64,000 bases of DNA from Leucoraja ocellata (GCA_036785375.1 JAWMAR010000430.1:1674001-1738000), one strand, 5' to 3'; shown: positions 52,101-63,219, counted from the stretch's first letter. The notes: a model not told the origin generated them from the letters alone. Numbers and translations are program-made.

Positions 52101-55100
52101 ACTGTAATTGTATCATCTATTTTCGCTTGTAAATTACACTTCTGATTGAATTTGTAGATTGGCTGTGATTTACATTTTGAGCTTAATTACTATTCTACCT
52201 TTTGATTAATGCATGTAATAGTGATATTAGATTGATCAACATGACTCATATTGCTGAAATTCAAGTTATAAATTCCAGTGGTTATTATTTATATGAAGCA
52301 ATTACGCTTCATGGACAGCTAGATAAAACGTGGGTCCTCCAAACCTCCTACCTTTTAGTAAAGGCTTCCAACAAGGTAAAAAAAAAAATCTTGCCGTCCC
52401 CTAACGACCCCCCTCATGCTCTGTCTGGTCACCACTCTGCCTCCTCTGCTCCAAAAAAACAAGCTTAACCTATCATATCTCTTCTTCTAAGTGAAATGGT
52501 TCAAACCAGGCAACATCCTAGCGAAAAATAGTGATAGACTCTTGATCCTATTTCCTTCATTTACCAGATATCTTCTCTCAACTAGCTCCTCCCTCCCCCC
52601 CCCCCCCCCCCCCCACCACCACCACCACCACCCCGAACAATGCGAGACAGAATTCCCTTGGACCTCACCTTTCACCACATCAATCACTGCATCCACAACG
52701 TCAACCAATGTCATTTCTGCCAGCTGTAATGTGGCACCACCACCAGTCGCATCTTCCTCTCCTCATTTTTCTGCTCTCTGCAAGGACCACCCTCTCCATG
52801 AGTCCTTGATTCTTTCATCCCTAGCTACTAACCCCTCGGCCTGTACCCTAGCATTTTCACTTGAAACTGTATGTGCTGAAGTACCTTTCCCTACACTCTC
52901 TCACCACCATCCAAGGAGCCTAACAGCCCTTCACAAGTCAGACAAATATTCACATGCCCCTCCTTTAACTTCATCAACTATATTATGTGGACTCCTCTAT
53001 ATCAATGAGACCAAATGTAGGCTAGGCGCCTGCTTTGCAGAACGTAAGGAACGTGAGATAGCAATTTGTTTTCCCTTTTCGCAATACTGGGCTTTTGAGC
53101 TGGCTGCTATTGGCACAACGGATATATTTGTTACCTTTCATTGTGTCCAGAGGTTCATTATTAGTGATGGTTGTGGTTTCCAACTTGTCTACTGTTACCC
53201 ATTTTCCTTCTATACTTGGGAATTCATAAGGGTTTAAACATTCTAACATATCCTAAAGTAAAAAAGAAACATTTTTGGAAGATTTAGAATCTAAAATTCA
53301 ATAGAATTCGCAACTATTCTTGAATGACATCAGAAAGCCTATCTTCACACAAAGGGTAATGGAAAACCCATGTATCTTGAATTTCCTAGTGAAAATTCTA
53401 TGAAATTGACAAGTATTTTTCTGGAAAAATATATCGAGGGATATGAAGTAAAAGGAACATGAATTATAAATCAAACACAACCTGGATGAAGTTGAGAAGT
53501 AAAACTAGATTAGAACCAAGTAGGTTGTCTTTCTACCCTGTAATTTGGTGGCAGTGAATGGGTAAAGAGGGATAGTTATGGTTGAGGATTGTCAAGGGAG
53601 GGGCAAAGAGCCTCAGGACATTTTGGTGTGGGACAGAGATATGGAGAGATAAGTTGCCAAAATTGAACTTGAGACATCCGGGGTCAGGACATTATCAAAG
53701 TCAGTGAGGACATCAGAAGTGTCATGGATGGAAGTGAAGAGTTTGAACAATGAGAGAAGGCATAGGAAACAACTGGACTAAGACAGTGTTAAATAAATGA
53801 TCCATTAGAGTTTGTTCTGCTTGTGGATCTGAGTGTGATGTAGAAGTGAGTTGTGAATGACCTGAAAACTGAATAGGATAACAGGAGATGAATTATAAAA
53901 AGTACACGGATGATTTCACATCAGAGTTGAGTGGGATTGAATAGAACAGGTCTCCATTCTCTCAGGTCATTTTGGGCTCATAAAGATGGATGATGAGATG
54001 TTACCCTTGGATGGAGAATCTTGAACTAGGGGAACAAGCTTTAGATAATGATAAGATTTGACGTTAAGATCAGGAGGAATTTCTTCATTTAGGGGCTAAG
54101 TCACGTCATGAAATTCTCTGATGTTCAAATCAATGAGCACATCAAACAAGACTGAGACTGATAACATTTGTAATCTGGGGAAATGAACAATTATGCAGAA
54201 TTGTGATTAATCAGCGACCATCCTGTAGAAGGGTGGGTCAGGTTTGAGCAGCTGTATCCTAATCCATCCCTTATATCATGATCTTACCTATCAACACTCA
54301 ACGTTTCAGCATCAACTATGATTTTTGAACTGTAATATAATGTAATAACTGAATTATTTCAGACTTTTAATAACAATATGTATTATTACTGTGGGGGTTA
54401 TCATGCAAGATTTTTGACCTTATTTTTAAAAGTCTATACTTTAAAAAAAAGAAGCATTTTGAACCTTTAGCTCCTGCATCTGAAGGCTGATATGTCGATA
54501 AAATGCCTGCAGGTCACTCTTCTGTTTATTCAGCTGAGAAGCAAGGTGTAGGTTCTGGTCCTCCAGTTTATCAAACAAGGTGCGGACACTAAAATCCTCC
54601 AGTTCAATCTCCTGTGCTCTTTTAGCTGTTAAAACATAAAACCTGCAAAATACCTGTTCTTGTACATTAATAAACAGTTGACTATATAATGCAGTAATGT
54701 TTTCAATCTTTACAGGTGCTGAATTATGATATTTGTTCCCTTCCCAAGTTAATTCACTACCCATAAAACAAAAATAATAATGGCATACAAAATGTACAAT
54801 TCAGTACTGCCCTTAATGTCCTCCAGTTGCTCCAAACCTTCAGTCCGGCAGAATGCTGTAACTCTGGGACAGGTAAATATAGGGGTGAGTTTGGTCAAGA
54901 ATTTAGAAACGTGATCTAATATTAGACTTTTTTTTTTTTAATGTGAAAAGTGTACATGAAAGCAATAGGGTAAATCTTGTGAATTATCATATATAGGCGC
55001 TAAATTTGTATGATAATTATAAACAGTTGAATAAGGGGTGGGAATTAATAAGCTTTGGCTTCTTCCTGCTCCTTTTCGGACACATACAATTTCATATATT

Positions 55101-58100
55101 TATAGATATTGTTTATGACACTTTATAAATATTCTTGTTTTGTTTTTTGTATGCTGTTACACTTGCGTTTTATTCTTTTATTCTGTTCGAAATAAAGAAT
55201 TAATAAAAAAAGAAAAAAAGAAAATAAAGCAGGACAACAGTTTGGCACTTCAATGATCAATTCACCTGAATACAACTGTGGTTTTCCTGATATCCCTTAC
55301 ACAGCGAATAAAATCTTAAGTTATCACTGTGTTTACTCCCTTCGCAGATTGGAGATGACAAATGTGATTTATGATCCAGGATTACATTCTGAAACTTGGA
55401 TAAAGATGGCACTGTCGACAGTGGGAGAACTCAGGCCATTGTGGAACTGCATGGATGCAGAGAGACTTTATCTGGAATCAGTTGGAGTTTTGTGATGGGA
55501 TCATCTCCAATACCAAGCAGTGACAAACTCATGGCATTCAGTATGAAGAGCGTAATCTCCCAGTTCTGCAGAACCTTCTCTGAGAGCATGGTGAGCGTTA
55601 GCCTCTGGTCTTTTCATCTACGTTACTCCAGCACTTTGTGTTTTCTTTTGTAAACCAGCATCTGCAGTTCCTTGCTTCTGAAGATCTGAACCCAGTGGTG
55701 ACGCTAAATCCTACGAATTTTTATTTTCGTAAAAATATTCTTACAAACAGAAGTACTGTAAAATAAATGAGCTGCTATATAAATAGGTGAAATTGATAGA
55801 AAATATGCCGATAATAGTCATAAGGCATCCTATTAATATAAGAAGGCTGGAGAGTAGCTACTTTGTTTTTACCTATTATGTGGGTTGACTCTTCTGTTTC
55901 TGATCCTTCTCCAGCACCTCGGGGTCCAAGAGCTTCATAGAAATCCAAGCTAAGAGAAAATATTGCATGTTGTCACCGAACTGATTTAACGCACAAACCA
56001 CAAGGAAATCTACAGTCCCACAGCTCCAGTGGCCTGAGTTTGATCCTGGCCTGCATGGAATTCTCCTTGTCAACGTCTATTGCCCCTGAGTGTTTTTGTT
56101 TCCCCCCACACCTCAAAAAATGTGTGGGCAGGTAGGTTAATTGGCCACTATAGATAGCACCTAGTGTTCAGATGAGAGGTGGATTGTGGAAGAGTTAGAA
56201 TCATTGAGTTATACAGCATAGAAACAGGCCCTTTGGTTGAACTTGTCCATGCCAGCCAAGTTGTCTTCCTGAGCTGGTCCCGTTTGCCTACATGTGGCCT
56301 ATATCCTTCTGAGCCTTTATCATCCATGTACCTGTAAGAATGTCATTCAAACATTGTATTTCTTCCCATCTCTACAGCTTTCTCTAGCAACTGGTTTCAT
56401 ATACCCAATATCCTCTGTGTGATGTATTTGCCCCCAGGTCCCTTTTGAATCCTTGTGAATCTGTTCAGTACCCTTTCTCAATTAATGGGACATCTTGGTT
56501 GCAACGGGCAAGATGGGCCAAAGGGCCTGATTCCATGCGGTGCGACTATAACTCTAGGAAACAGGCATTTGGTCTGATGGAAAGGCCCTGTCAATAGTTC
56601 CATCAATAGGCCATCTTTGGTAGTGAAACAAAGAGAATTTCTTAGATGGAGGAAGCACACTACAATAGCCAAGGTTATGCTGCATTAGGGAACCAACATA
56701 CTGTACAACTGTGCCAACATTTACCAAAGGCATTCACAAACCAGGAAATGTTATGACATTACTTTGCTACTCAAAGGACTGAATATTTTAGCTGCCACAA
56801 AGAGCTTCCTAGATAAATATATTTCCTTAAGTGTCAAAGAAAATCATAGGACCACATCGTAAAACAAGGGATGATCTTTGTGGATTTAACCTCATTATCG
56901 GAACTGTGTGGTGCTAGTTTTTGATTAGTAGAAGCTTTACTGATTCAGCTACCTCTTGCTTACCTATCGTTCATTATGACATATCCAGGTGGGATGTAAG
57001 GTTCCCCCAAACTGCGCCATTTTGGTTTCCACTTCTGCATGGGATTTAATGAAGACTGGTCAGGCTTCAACATCAGGGCTGCCACTGTGAACATTGCAGT
57101 CATCACAGCCAGGACACTAAGAGTTCCTGAAGCAAACACCAGGAAACATATATTAACATTCCTGTTTCTCAATTATATAAATCAACTATATAAAGATTTA
57201 AGGACTGAAACGAAAAATGCAAGTTATCATAAAGCATTGATCAAACTCAATAATATGTATATGATTATTATATCATGTAAAAATATTGCATGCTAAATGA
57301 ATATTCCATGTGCAACATCGTCTTTTTAAGACATAAAGGTCATTTGTGAAAAATAGTTTAATATTAACAGTGGCACAGTGGTAGAGTTGCTGCCTTACAG
57401 CACCAGAGTCCCAGGTTCGATCCTGACTACGGGTGCTGCTTGTACGGAGTTTGTACATTCTCCCCGTGACCCGCGTGGGTTTTCTCCGAGATCTTTGGTT
57501 TTTCCCACACTCCAAAGACGTACAGATATTTAGGTTAATTGGCTTGGTGCATGTGCAAAATTTGTCCCAAGTGTGTGTAAGGTAGTGTTCTCTAGTTTCC
57601 ATAAAACATAGGATTCATGTGTAAAAATTGAAATTCTTGCTTTCCAATAGAAACTACTGCAAGGGACTTTATCTAGGTTCCTTCCAGGTACAGTCCAGAG
57701 ATTTGCATGCATGACAAGGATTTTTACACATCCTAGTAAATTGACCTCCTGTTGCTTGTTTGGTTGTGATATTTAACTCACTGCTGTATCTAGCCTTTAA
57801 GGTCACGCACTCCCCATGGTGATCTACATAATTGCTACAGTTTGTAAATTTCTCAGGTTCACTCCAAGATTAGCTCTGACCTTCCTTCCATCGAGGGGAT
57901 TTATCGCAGTCGCTGCCTCAAAAAGGCTGGCAGTATCATCAAAGACCCACACCATCCTGGCCACACACTCATCTCCCTGCTACCTTCAGGTAGAAGGTAC
58001 ATGAGCCTGAAGACTGCAACAACCAGGTTCAGGAATAGCTACTTCCCCTCAGCCATCAGGCTATTAAACCTGGCTCGGACAAAACTCTGATTATTAATAA

Positions 58101-61100
58101 CCACTTCCTGTTACTTGTACTTTACCAGTTTATTTATTCATGTGTGTATATATTTATATCATGGTATATGGACACATTTATCTGTTTTGTAGTAAATGCC
58201 TACTATTTTTTTCTGTGTGCTTAAGCAAAGCAAGAATTTCATTGTCCTATACAGGGACACATGACAATAAACTCACTTGAACTTGAACTTGAGATTAATT
58301 GTGCTGGATTGAATCCAGTCATTTACTAGCATGGTTTGTTATGTAGGTGAGCAATCAAGGGACTGATTGTACGTGTGTGAGAGATGCGTATTGAAATAAG
58401 TAAATATCAAGTAAATCTCAATTCTATCATTGGTGAGAAGGCTTTAAAGTTTCTTGCTTATAATTTAACTCCATTGATGGACTGTTATCTCGATCACTGG
58501 AACTCATTCTCTCTCACCACTTATAGATGTGATTTTTGTTGCTGTAAGTAGGATTATAATTGTGGTGGAATGATCCGAGTAAATGTATCAACATGTTGGC
58601 TCATGGTGTTCTGGGGATTGTCAAGTCTTTTCAGAATGGCCACAATTTCTTAAGTTAATAAAATTCCCGAGTTGAATTGAATGGATGGTGAATCTGTGGA
58701 ATACTTTGTCACAGAAGGCTTTGGAGGCCATCAATGGGAATTTTTAAGTCAGAAATCGATAGATTCTTGTGTAGGAAGGGATTGCAGGTGATGATTTAAA
58801 CCGAAGATAGACACCAAAAGCTGGAGTAACTCAGCGGGACAAGCAGCATCTCTGGACTCAGACTGCTTAAAACAGATTGTCTATGTTAAATCTTGACCTA
58901 GGGAACTGACTGGGGTTTCAGACTACGTTTTGAAACTCTATCAGTTACCTCATATTTTATGGATTACTTCGAAGAGGAATTATTTTTTACATTACAAAAT
59001 TAGAATAGGACATAAAATGCTGGAGTATCTCAACAGGTCAGGCAGCATCGCTGAAGAACATGGATAGGTGGCATTTCCAGTCAGGGCTCTTCTTCAGACT
59101 CTCCTCGAATTAGGATTAGAATTCTGAAGAAGTTGAAAGGAGCTGAAACGTTGCCTATCCATGTTCTCTGGAAATATTGCCTGACCTGCTAAGTTACTGC
59201 AGCACCTTTTACCCTTCTTTGTAAACCAGCACCGACAGCTCCGTGTCTCTACTCTAAAGCTAGAACAATGTTTACCTGTAATGAAGACCCAGTCTGGAGT
59301 CAGGTTGAGATTTTGTCGTTTTAGAATTCCATGTCTCAACAGTTGGAAGGGAGAGGATGGCTGGACAGATAAAGCAGCATCACATTCTGCACTAAACCTG
59401 CTGACACTTACAATCAGTGTGCGCTCAGCTTCTGCATTATCATGAAAGACAAACTTCCCAGGTTCCATGAAAGCATGTGCAAATCTAGTATAAAGGAAAA
59501 TAGTGTTATTCCAGCTATATTTATGATAATGTTTCAGATGCAGGGGTCAGCCTTTCAACCACATCTGCCTGCACTCCCTGTCAGGCAGGGTATGACTGAC
59601 ACATTAACAGCTCTAATTACATGAACCAACCACAAATTCTTAGATTCCATCAACATTTTTTTTACATTTCATATACATTACAACAGATACTCCAGAGTCT
59701 TCATAGATAGAGAATTCCAACAATCCACTATCCCCCCTCCCCCCCTGTGAAAAAAATATTTTTGGATGGCCAAACACCTACATGGAGACTACGACTGGAC
59801 ATCCAGCAACCAGCCAAGTAAAACACCATTCTTGTGTCGATTCTGTTAAGCCCCATAAAAATTTTCAACGACATCTCATTGGGTCAATTCACCTTTATCG
59901 TAAAACCCATCTCAGCAATCAATCTGATGAAGCCACAGGACAGTCCCACTGTTGCAAGTGTACCCTTCCTTAGGTAGGGAGCCCCGACCTGCATACCATA
60001 TTTCAAGTGCAATCATACTGGGGCTTGATATAATGGTGGCAAAATATCTATGAAGTGCTACATTTTATTACACAAAGTCCAAGTGAGTTAGTGATGGTGT
60101 ATGATGTCAAATTTACTGCTGAGCAAATTCTCTGGCACTGTAAAAAATTACTGAAGTGACTTATAATTCCAATAAATATTTCAGAACAATGGATTTTAAA
60201 ATAAAAATAACTTAAATTTATAATATCTTGGCTTCTAAGTTAATCTTGTACATTCCATCGTTAGTCAGTGTTCTATGAAATATGATTAGAACTCTGGTTT
60301 GCTGTTAACGACAAAGTTGTAATGTGATTCTCAGTTAATTTAGCATGATGTCTTCATGGTTGCTGGATACCAAGAATTCTTTGAATGAAATAATATTAAA
60401 GAAGGGGCATGGTGGTGCAGCGGTAGAGTTGCAGTGTCAGAGACGTGGGTTCGATCCCGACTACGGGTGCTGTCTGTACGGAGTTTGTACATTCTCTCTG
60501 TAACTGCATGGGTTTTCTCCAAGATCTTTGTTTTCTTCTCACACTCCAATGATTCAAAGGTTTGTAGGTTAATTGGATTGGGTTTGTATACTTCGTATAA
60601 GTGTAAATTGTCCTTAGTATGTGCCGGTTAGCGTTAATATGTTGGGATCACTGGTCAGCGTGGATTCGGTGGACCAAAGGGCCTGTTTCCGTGCCGTATC
60701 TATACAACTAAACTAAAAAAAGGGGAGACCATGCGGGAGAGATTGGAGTGGGAATAAGAGAAACAAGGGGAGAGAGAGTGGATGGTTCGAGTGATAGTGA
60801 AGAGTGGGTGTGAGTGATGCTGAGAAAGAGAAAGGCTAAGGATGAGAGTGATGTGAGTGAAAGCACAAATGTGCACCCATGCCAGAGAATGCATTTGAAT
60901 GTCCGTTAGTTTTAGAAGATAATTATCATAACCAGGATACTCCCTGCTGTGGCATCAGGTCTATAATTGTGCTACTTCACCAGAGTTTAGAGCTTAAGAA
61001 TAGTCAGAATGGAAACTATTTTCTGACAGGCAGTAAATAAAACACTTTATTGTACAACTATCAATCAAGGACAAACACACAAGGTTACATATATGGAATA

Positions 61101-62073
61101 TGGTCACCTGGTGATGTTGACATTAGTTTCCCTGATAAAATAATCCAACTTCCTGAAGGATCCAAAATCCCACTCTGAATTTGTGTTGAACAGGTGGTCT
61201 TTTTGGTAAACAGGGTAGTGACCCAAACTTCGATCTGCCAAAGAGAATTAAAGAAAGACTGTTTATTATGAAAGATATGGCCAGTCCAAAGTAGTTAACT
61301 GATTGTAAATAGGACCTCAATATCATATCAATGAAAAGCCAAAGTATGTTTCTATTTGTTGTTTAAACATATTCTGCTCTGGTCCGCCAACCTGCACTTC
61401 AACCAGGAATACATAATGTGTGTGTTGCTAGGAGACCTATTCATGCAATATTGTTGCATATTTTATATTTCTTTAAAATCTTCTTACAATATAGATGGCT
61501 CATTTGGTCCATTGAGTCTATGCCACTTTCAGAACATTCTTATCAATTCCCCATCTATTTTCTGTGACCCTGTTCTCTCCCAATGCCCGTCAATACTCTC
61601 TCCCTCACCAATTTATCTGCCACTCTCCTATGTAAACGGGCAAACTCCCATAGCCAATTAATCGACCAGCACATCTTCGAAGTGTGGGTGAAAACCCATT
61701 CAGTCATTTGGGGAACATGCAAACTGCACATTGACTGACAGTGCTCAAGGTCAGGATTGAACCTGGCTTGCTGCATCTCTGGAGAAACTACCCATGTACT
61801 CCAGAGATGCTGCCTGATCTGCTGAGTTGCTCCAGCACTTTGTGTCCTTTTGTGTATTAACGAACATGTGCAGTTCCTTGTTTCTACATCGATACTCACT
61901 ACTTTGGTGGATGTTGAGCTTGAAGAGGATCAAGTCATTTGGTTTTAGGCAGACAATGGGGTTTGGAATTTTGTGAACTCCTCCGTGCAACTGGGTGAGA
62001 GCGGTCCTTTGCACGTGTCCTCGTGTTTTTGGCCGATGCCGTAGATGTCCAACTATTTCAGGCTGCTCCATCT
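37014..62073 (-). CDS. 3' part (17 exons, ~867 aa) of a large uncharacterised single-pass membrane protein; resembles the giant GCC2/GCC3-repeat family of zebrafish si:ch211-286b4.4 type
   Basis: Seventeen GT-AG exons chain in phase with no stops to a TGA at 37014. Motifs: [40 protein letters not shown] + TM helix, [34 protein letters not shown]. Family assignment is from memory, not a search. Confidence 0.82.
37304..37438. repeat. 135-bp near-perfect palindrome (66-bp arms, 3-nt loop)
   Basis: 37304-37369 is the reverse complement of 37373-37438 with 4 differences; adjacent tandem ttgtacagtttctgtaaat copies from 37222. Confidence 0.92.
38201..38338 (-). CDS. Large membrane protein, exon p (coiled coil)
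   Basis: ttgcag|ATCAG...AAAG|gtaatg; 138 bp; [17 protein letters not shown]...[13 protein letters not shown]. Confidence 0.82.
39365..39411 (-). CDS. Large membrane protein, exon o
   Basis: ctttcag|TGGAA...ACAG|gtactc; 47 bp; [16 protein letters not shown]; restores phase 0. Confidence 0.65.
39533..39920 (-). mobile_element. V-SINE interrupted by a plus-strand CR1 3'-end fragment (~39680-39822)
   Basis: SINE tail 39533-39660 and head 39828-39920 flank gggttatggggagaaggcagga...atggccgaattctgctcct. Confidence 0.7.
40626..40880 (-). mobile_element. LINE/SINE 3'-tail fragment; related copy at ~9455-9612
   Basis: (ttag)n tail then gtcatgtgtac...aagcttttgtt...catgataaagggaataa...aaagccagtaaagtccgatc, shared with 9455-9612. 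Confidence 0.6.
40880..41920 (+). mobile_element. Degenerate Penelope-like element remnant
   Basis: RT C-terminal [12 protein letters not shown], decayed GIY-YIG ([18 protein letters not shown]) and the same terminal repeat at 41820-41920. Confidence 0.7.
42552..42673 (-). CDS. Large membrane protein, exon n
   Basis: ttccag|ACTTA...GCAG|gtaact; 122 bp; [19 protein letters not shown]... Confidence 0.75.
44446..44564 (-). CDS. Large membrane protein, exon m
   Basis: tttcag|GATTC...GAAAG|gtacgt; 119 bp; DSEIRK...[26 protein letters not shown]. Confidence 0.8.
44585..44690. repeat. Degenerate ~24-bp minisatellite (cacagtccacacccaaat core, 4-5 units)
   Basis: Directly visible repeats of acacccaaat. 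Confidence 0.75.
46180..46550. repeat. Two Penelope-derived short elements (46180-46330, 46468-46550)
   Basis: gacacaaaatgctggagtaactcagc...gggtcgagacccttcttca. Confidence 0.75.
47002..47141 (-). CDS. Large membrane protein, exon l
   Basis: ttccag|GGATC...ATTG|gtaata; 140 bp; [27 protein letters not shown]... Confidence 0.75.
47441..47776 (-). CDS. Large membrane protein, exon k
   Basis: ttatag|AACGC...ACTG|gtaagt; 336 bp; [20 protein letters not shown]...[12 protein letters not shown]...[10 protein letters not shown]. Confidence 0.87.
48322..48456 (-). CDS. Large membrane protein, exon j
   Basis: atgcag|AAGTG...GCAG|gtaggg; 135 bp; EVVSMP...[17 protein letters not shown]. Confidence 0.78.
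48805..49155. repeat. Two adjacent Penelope-derived fold-back elements
   Basis: Inverted arms ctggagtaact/ttactccagc; ctgaagaagggtcctggtctgaaac core at 49072. Confidence 0.75.
49700..49932. repeat. Penelope-derived fold-back element
   Basis: ggagtaactcagcaggtcaggcagc...acaggtgacg / gtcacctgtccatgttctc...gttactccagc. Confidence 0.75.
50379..50559 (-). CDS. Large membrane protein, exon i (donor could instead be at 50370)
   Basis: ctacag|CTCGTG...AACG|gtacac; 181 bp; [15 protein letters not shown]... Confidence 0.6.
50695..51068. mobile_element. Possible old Tc1/mariner-pogo MITE
   Basis: Degenerate inverted ends cacggtctaccctttttattacggacc / ggtctgttataatgagggttatctgta. Confidence 0.35.
51715..51887 (-). 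CDS. Large membrane protein, exon h
   Basis: ttcag|GAGGA...AAAG|gtaata; 173 bp; [25 protein letters not shown]...KIDPK. Confidence 0.7.
52545..53045 (+). mobile_element. Degenerate Penelope-like GIY-YIG remnant
   Basis: [19 protein letters not shown] at ~52985-53042, with upstream decayed PLE linker sequence. Confidence 0.6.
53135..53252 (-). CDS. Large membrane protein, exon g
   Basis: tttag|GATATG...AAAG|gtaaca; 118 bp; [16 protein letters not shown]...; phase bridges exons f and h. Confidence 0.65.
54465..54625 (-). CDS. Large membrane protein, exon f (coiled coil)
   Basis: aacag|CTAAA...AAAG|gttcaa; 161 bp; [32 protein letters not shown]...MQELK. Confidence 0.85.
55873..55949 (-). CDS. 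Large membrane protein, exon e
   Basis: cttag|CTTGG...ATAG|gtaaaa; 77 bp; [26 protein letters not shown]. Confidence 0.78.
56964..57126 (-). CDS. Large membrane protein, exon d (transmembrane helix)
   Basis: ttcag|GAACT...GATAG|gtaagc; 163 bp; [22 protein letters not shown]...[11 protein letters not shown]. Confidence 0.85.
57368..57592 (+). mobile_element. 3'-truncated V-SINE (HE1-like)
   Basis: tggcacagtgg, ggttcgatcc, gagtttgtacattctccccgtgacc. Confidence 0.85.
57875..58292 (+). mobile_element. Rex-Babar-type LINE 3' end
   Basis: Encodes [53 protein letters not shown]; tail gaatttcattgt...gacaataaa(cttgaa)n. Confidence 0.8.
58800..59253. repeat. Penelope-derived elements (58800-58865; fold-back 59007-59253)
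   Basis: Same tgctggagta / ttactgcagc inverted arms. Confidence 0.75.
59110..59160 (+). ncRNA. Hammerhead-ribozyme-like motif with a variant stem II
   Basis: CUGAAGA(59124-30)-AGUU-GAAAGG-AGCU-GAAA-CGUU inside fold-back element 59007-59250. Confidence 0.45.
59276..59484 (-). CDS. Large membrane protein, exon c
   Basis: actag|ATTTG...ACAG|gtaaac; 209 bp; [16 protein letters not shown]...[12 protein letters not shown]. Confidence 0.85.
60404..60718 (+). mobile_element. Near full-length tRNA-derived V-SINE (HE1-like) with a CR1-type 3' tail
   Basis: A box tggtgcagcgg, B box ggttcgatccc, V-domain ggagtttgtacattctc...gggttttctcc, tail aagggcctgtttcc...aactaaactaaa. Confidence 0.85.
61108..61234 (-). 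CDS. Large membrane protein, exon b
   Basis: ggcag|ATCGA...CCAG|gtgacc; 127 bp; [43 protein letters not shown]; this frame is not in the ORF track. Confidence 0.85.
61480..61890. repeat. Old V-SINE (minus, ~61480-61770) abutting a Penelope-derived short element (~61770-61890)
   Basis: tcaggattgaacctgg B-box complement; ccagagatgctgcctgatctgctgagttgctccagcactttgtgtc. Confidence 0.6.
61900..62073 (-). CDS. Large membrane protein, exon a
   Basis: gtgcag|AGATG...AGTA|gtgagt; 174 bp; ...[27 protein letters not shown]. Confidence 0.8.
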
Positions 62074-62248
62074 CTGCACAGGTAAAGATGAAAGACAATG
62101 TTTAAGAATGGATTGTAATCGCACTGATGAAATACACATAAAGGATTATTTGTTGATCAAATTAGGTTTTAAACTAGGCTTTGAATACATAACAAATAAA
62201 CAACGTTCAGGCTGCCTTCAACACTTACTAATGAGGTACTGAGGTACA

Positions 62249-62640
62249 CCAGGGCTGCCAACTCTCACGCGTTGAGCGTGACACTCACGCATTTCAGCCA
62301 ATTCTCACGCCCTCACGCTGAAGACAGAATTCTCACGCTGACAGGCCATCTTCAGTCCCTGCACAGCAAAGATCCTATAGCGGAGCGGTGCTATAGGATC
62401 TTTGCTGCACAGTTTGTCTCTTTGCGCCACATTACAGCGATCTACACGGATTGGGGAAGCGCGTTGGTCCTGGGAAGCGGGTGTCAGCGCTTCTTTGTGC
62501 TGCCTGCGAACACTGCTCTTCCGGCTGCCGTGGCAACCTCGCTCCTTCCCTCCCTCCTGCCCTTCAACTCACACGGCAGCGCCAGTGCTGCCAATCCACG
62601 CTACACCGTGCCCGCCAGACTCCCCATTGGGCGGCCGGGG
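62249..62640 (+). mobile_element. Left end of a hAT (Tip100-like) non-autonomous DNA transposon
   Basis: Starts CAGGGCTGCCAAC with subterminal tctcacgc repeats; second copy at 63694. Confidence 0.6.
62367..62404. mobile_element. 38-bp micro-MITE with 15-bp TIRs and an 8-bp TSD
   Basis: ctgcacag[CAAAGATCCTATAGC ggagcggt GCTATAGGATCTTTG]ctgcacag; empty site at 63784-63791. Confidence 0.85.
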
Positions 62641-63163
62641 AAAGAGAGGGAGGGGAGAAAGAGAGAGAGAGAGAGAAAAAAAAAAGGGAGGGATGGAGGC
62701 AAAGAGAGACTGGGGGAGGGAATATAGTAATGGATTGAAGGAAGGGAAGGAGAAAGGGGAGAAAGAGGAAGCGTGAGGAAAAAGATGGAGGGTGAGGAAA
62801 GAGAGGGAGGGGAGGAAAGAGAGGGAGGGGGAGGAAAGAGGGAGGAGGGAGGAATGGGAGGAAAGAGGGAGGGGGAGNNNNNNNNNNNNNNNNNNNNNNN
62901 NNNNNNNNNNNNNNNNNNNNNNNNNNNNNNNNNNNNNNNNNNNNNNNNNNNNNNNNNNNNNNNNNNNNNNNNNNNNNNNNNNNNNNNNNNNNNNNNNNNN
63001 NNNNNNNNNNNNNNNNNNNNNNNNNNNNNNNNNNNNNNNNNNNNNNNNNNNNNNNNNNNNNNNNNNNNNNNNNNNNNNNNNNNNNNNNNNNNNNNNNNNN
63101 NNNNNNNNNNNNNNNNNNNNNNNNNNNNNNNNNNNNNNNNNNNNNNNNNNNNNCTGTGTCTCC

Positions 63164-63219
<56 letters not shown>

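Noticed and set aside
52491-53237. 248-aa plus-strand ORF with poly-Pro/His
   Set aside because: Made of a C-run and decayed Penelope sequence, and overlaps an antisense exon; no coherent protein.
57368-57440. tRNA gene (A and B boxes; also 60404)
   Set aside because: No full cloverleaf; it continues into a V-SINE core, so it is a SINE head.
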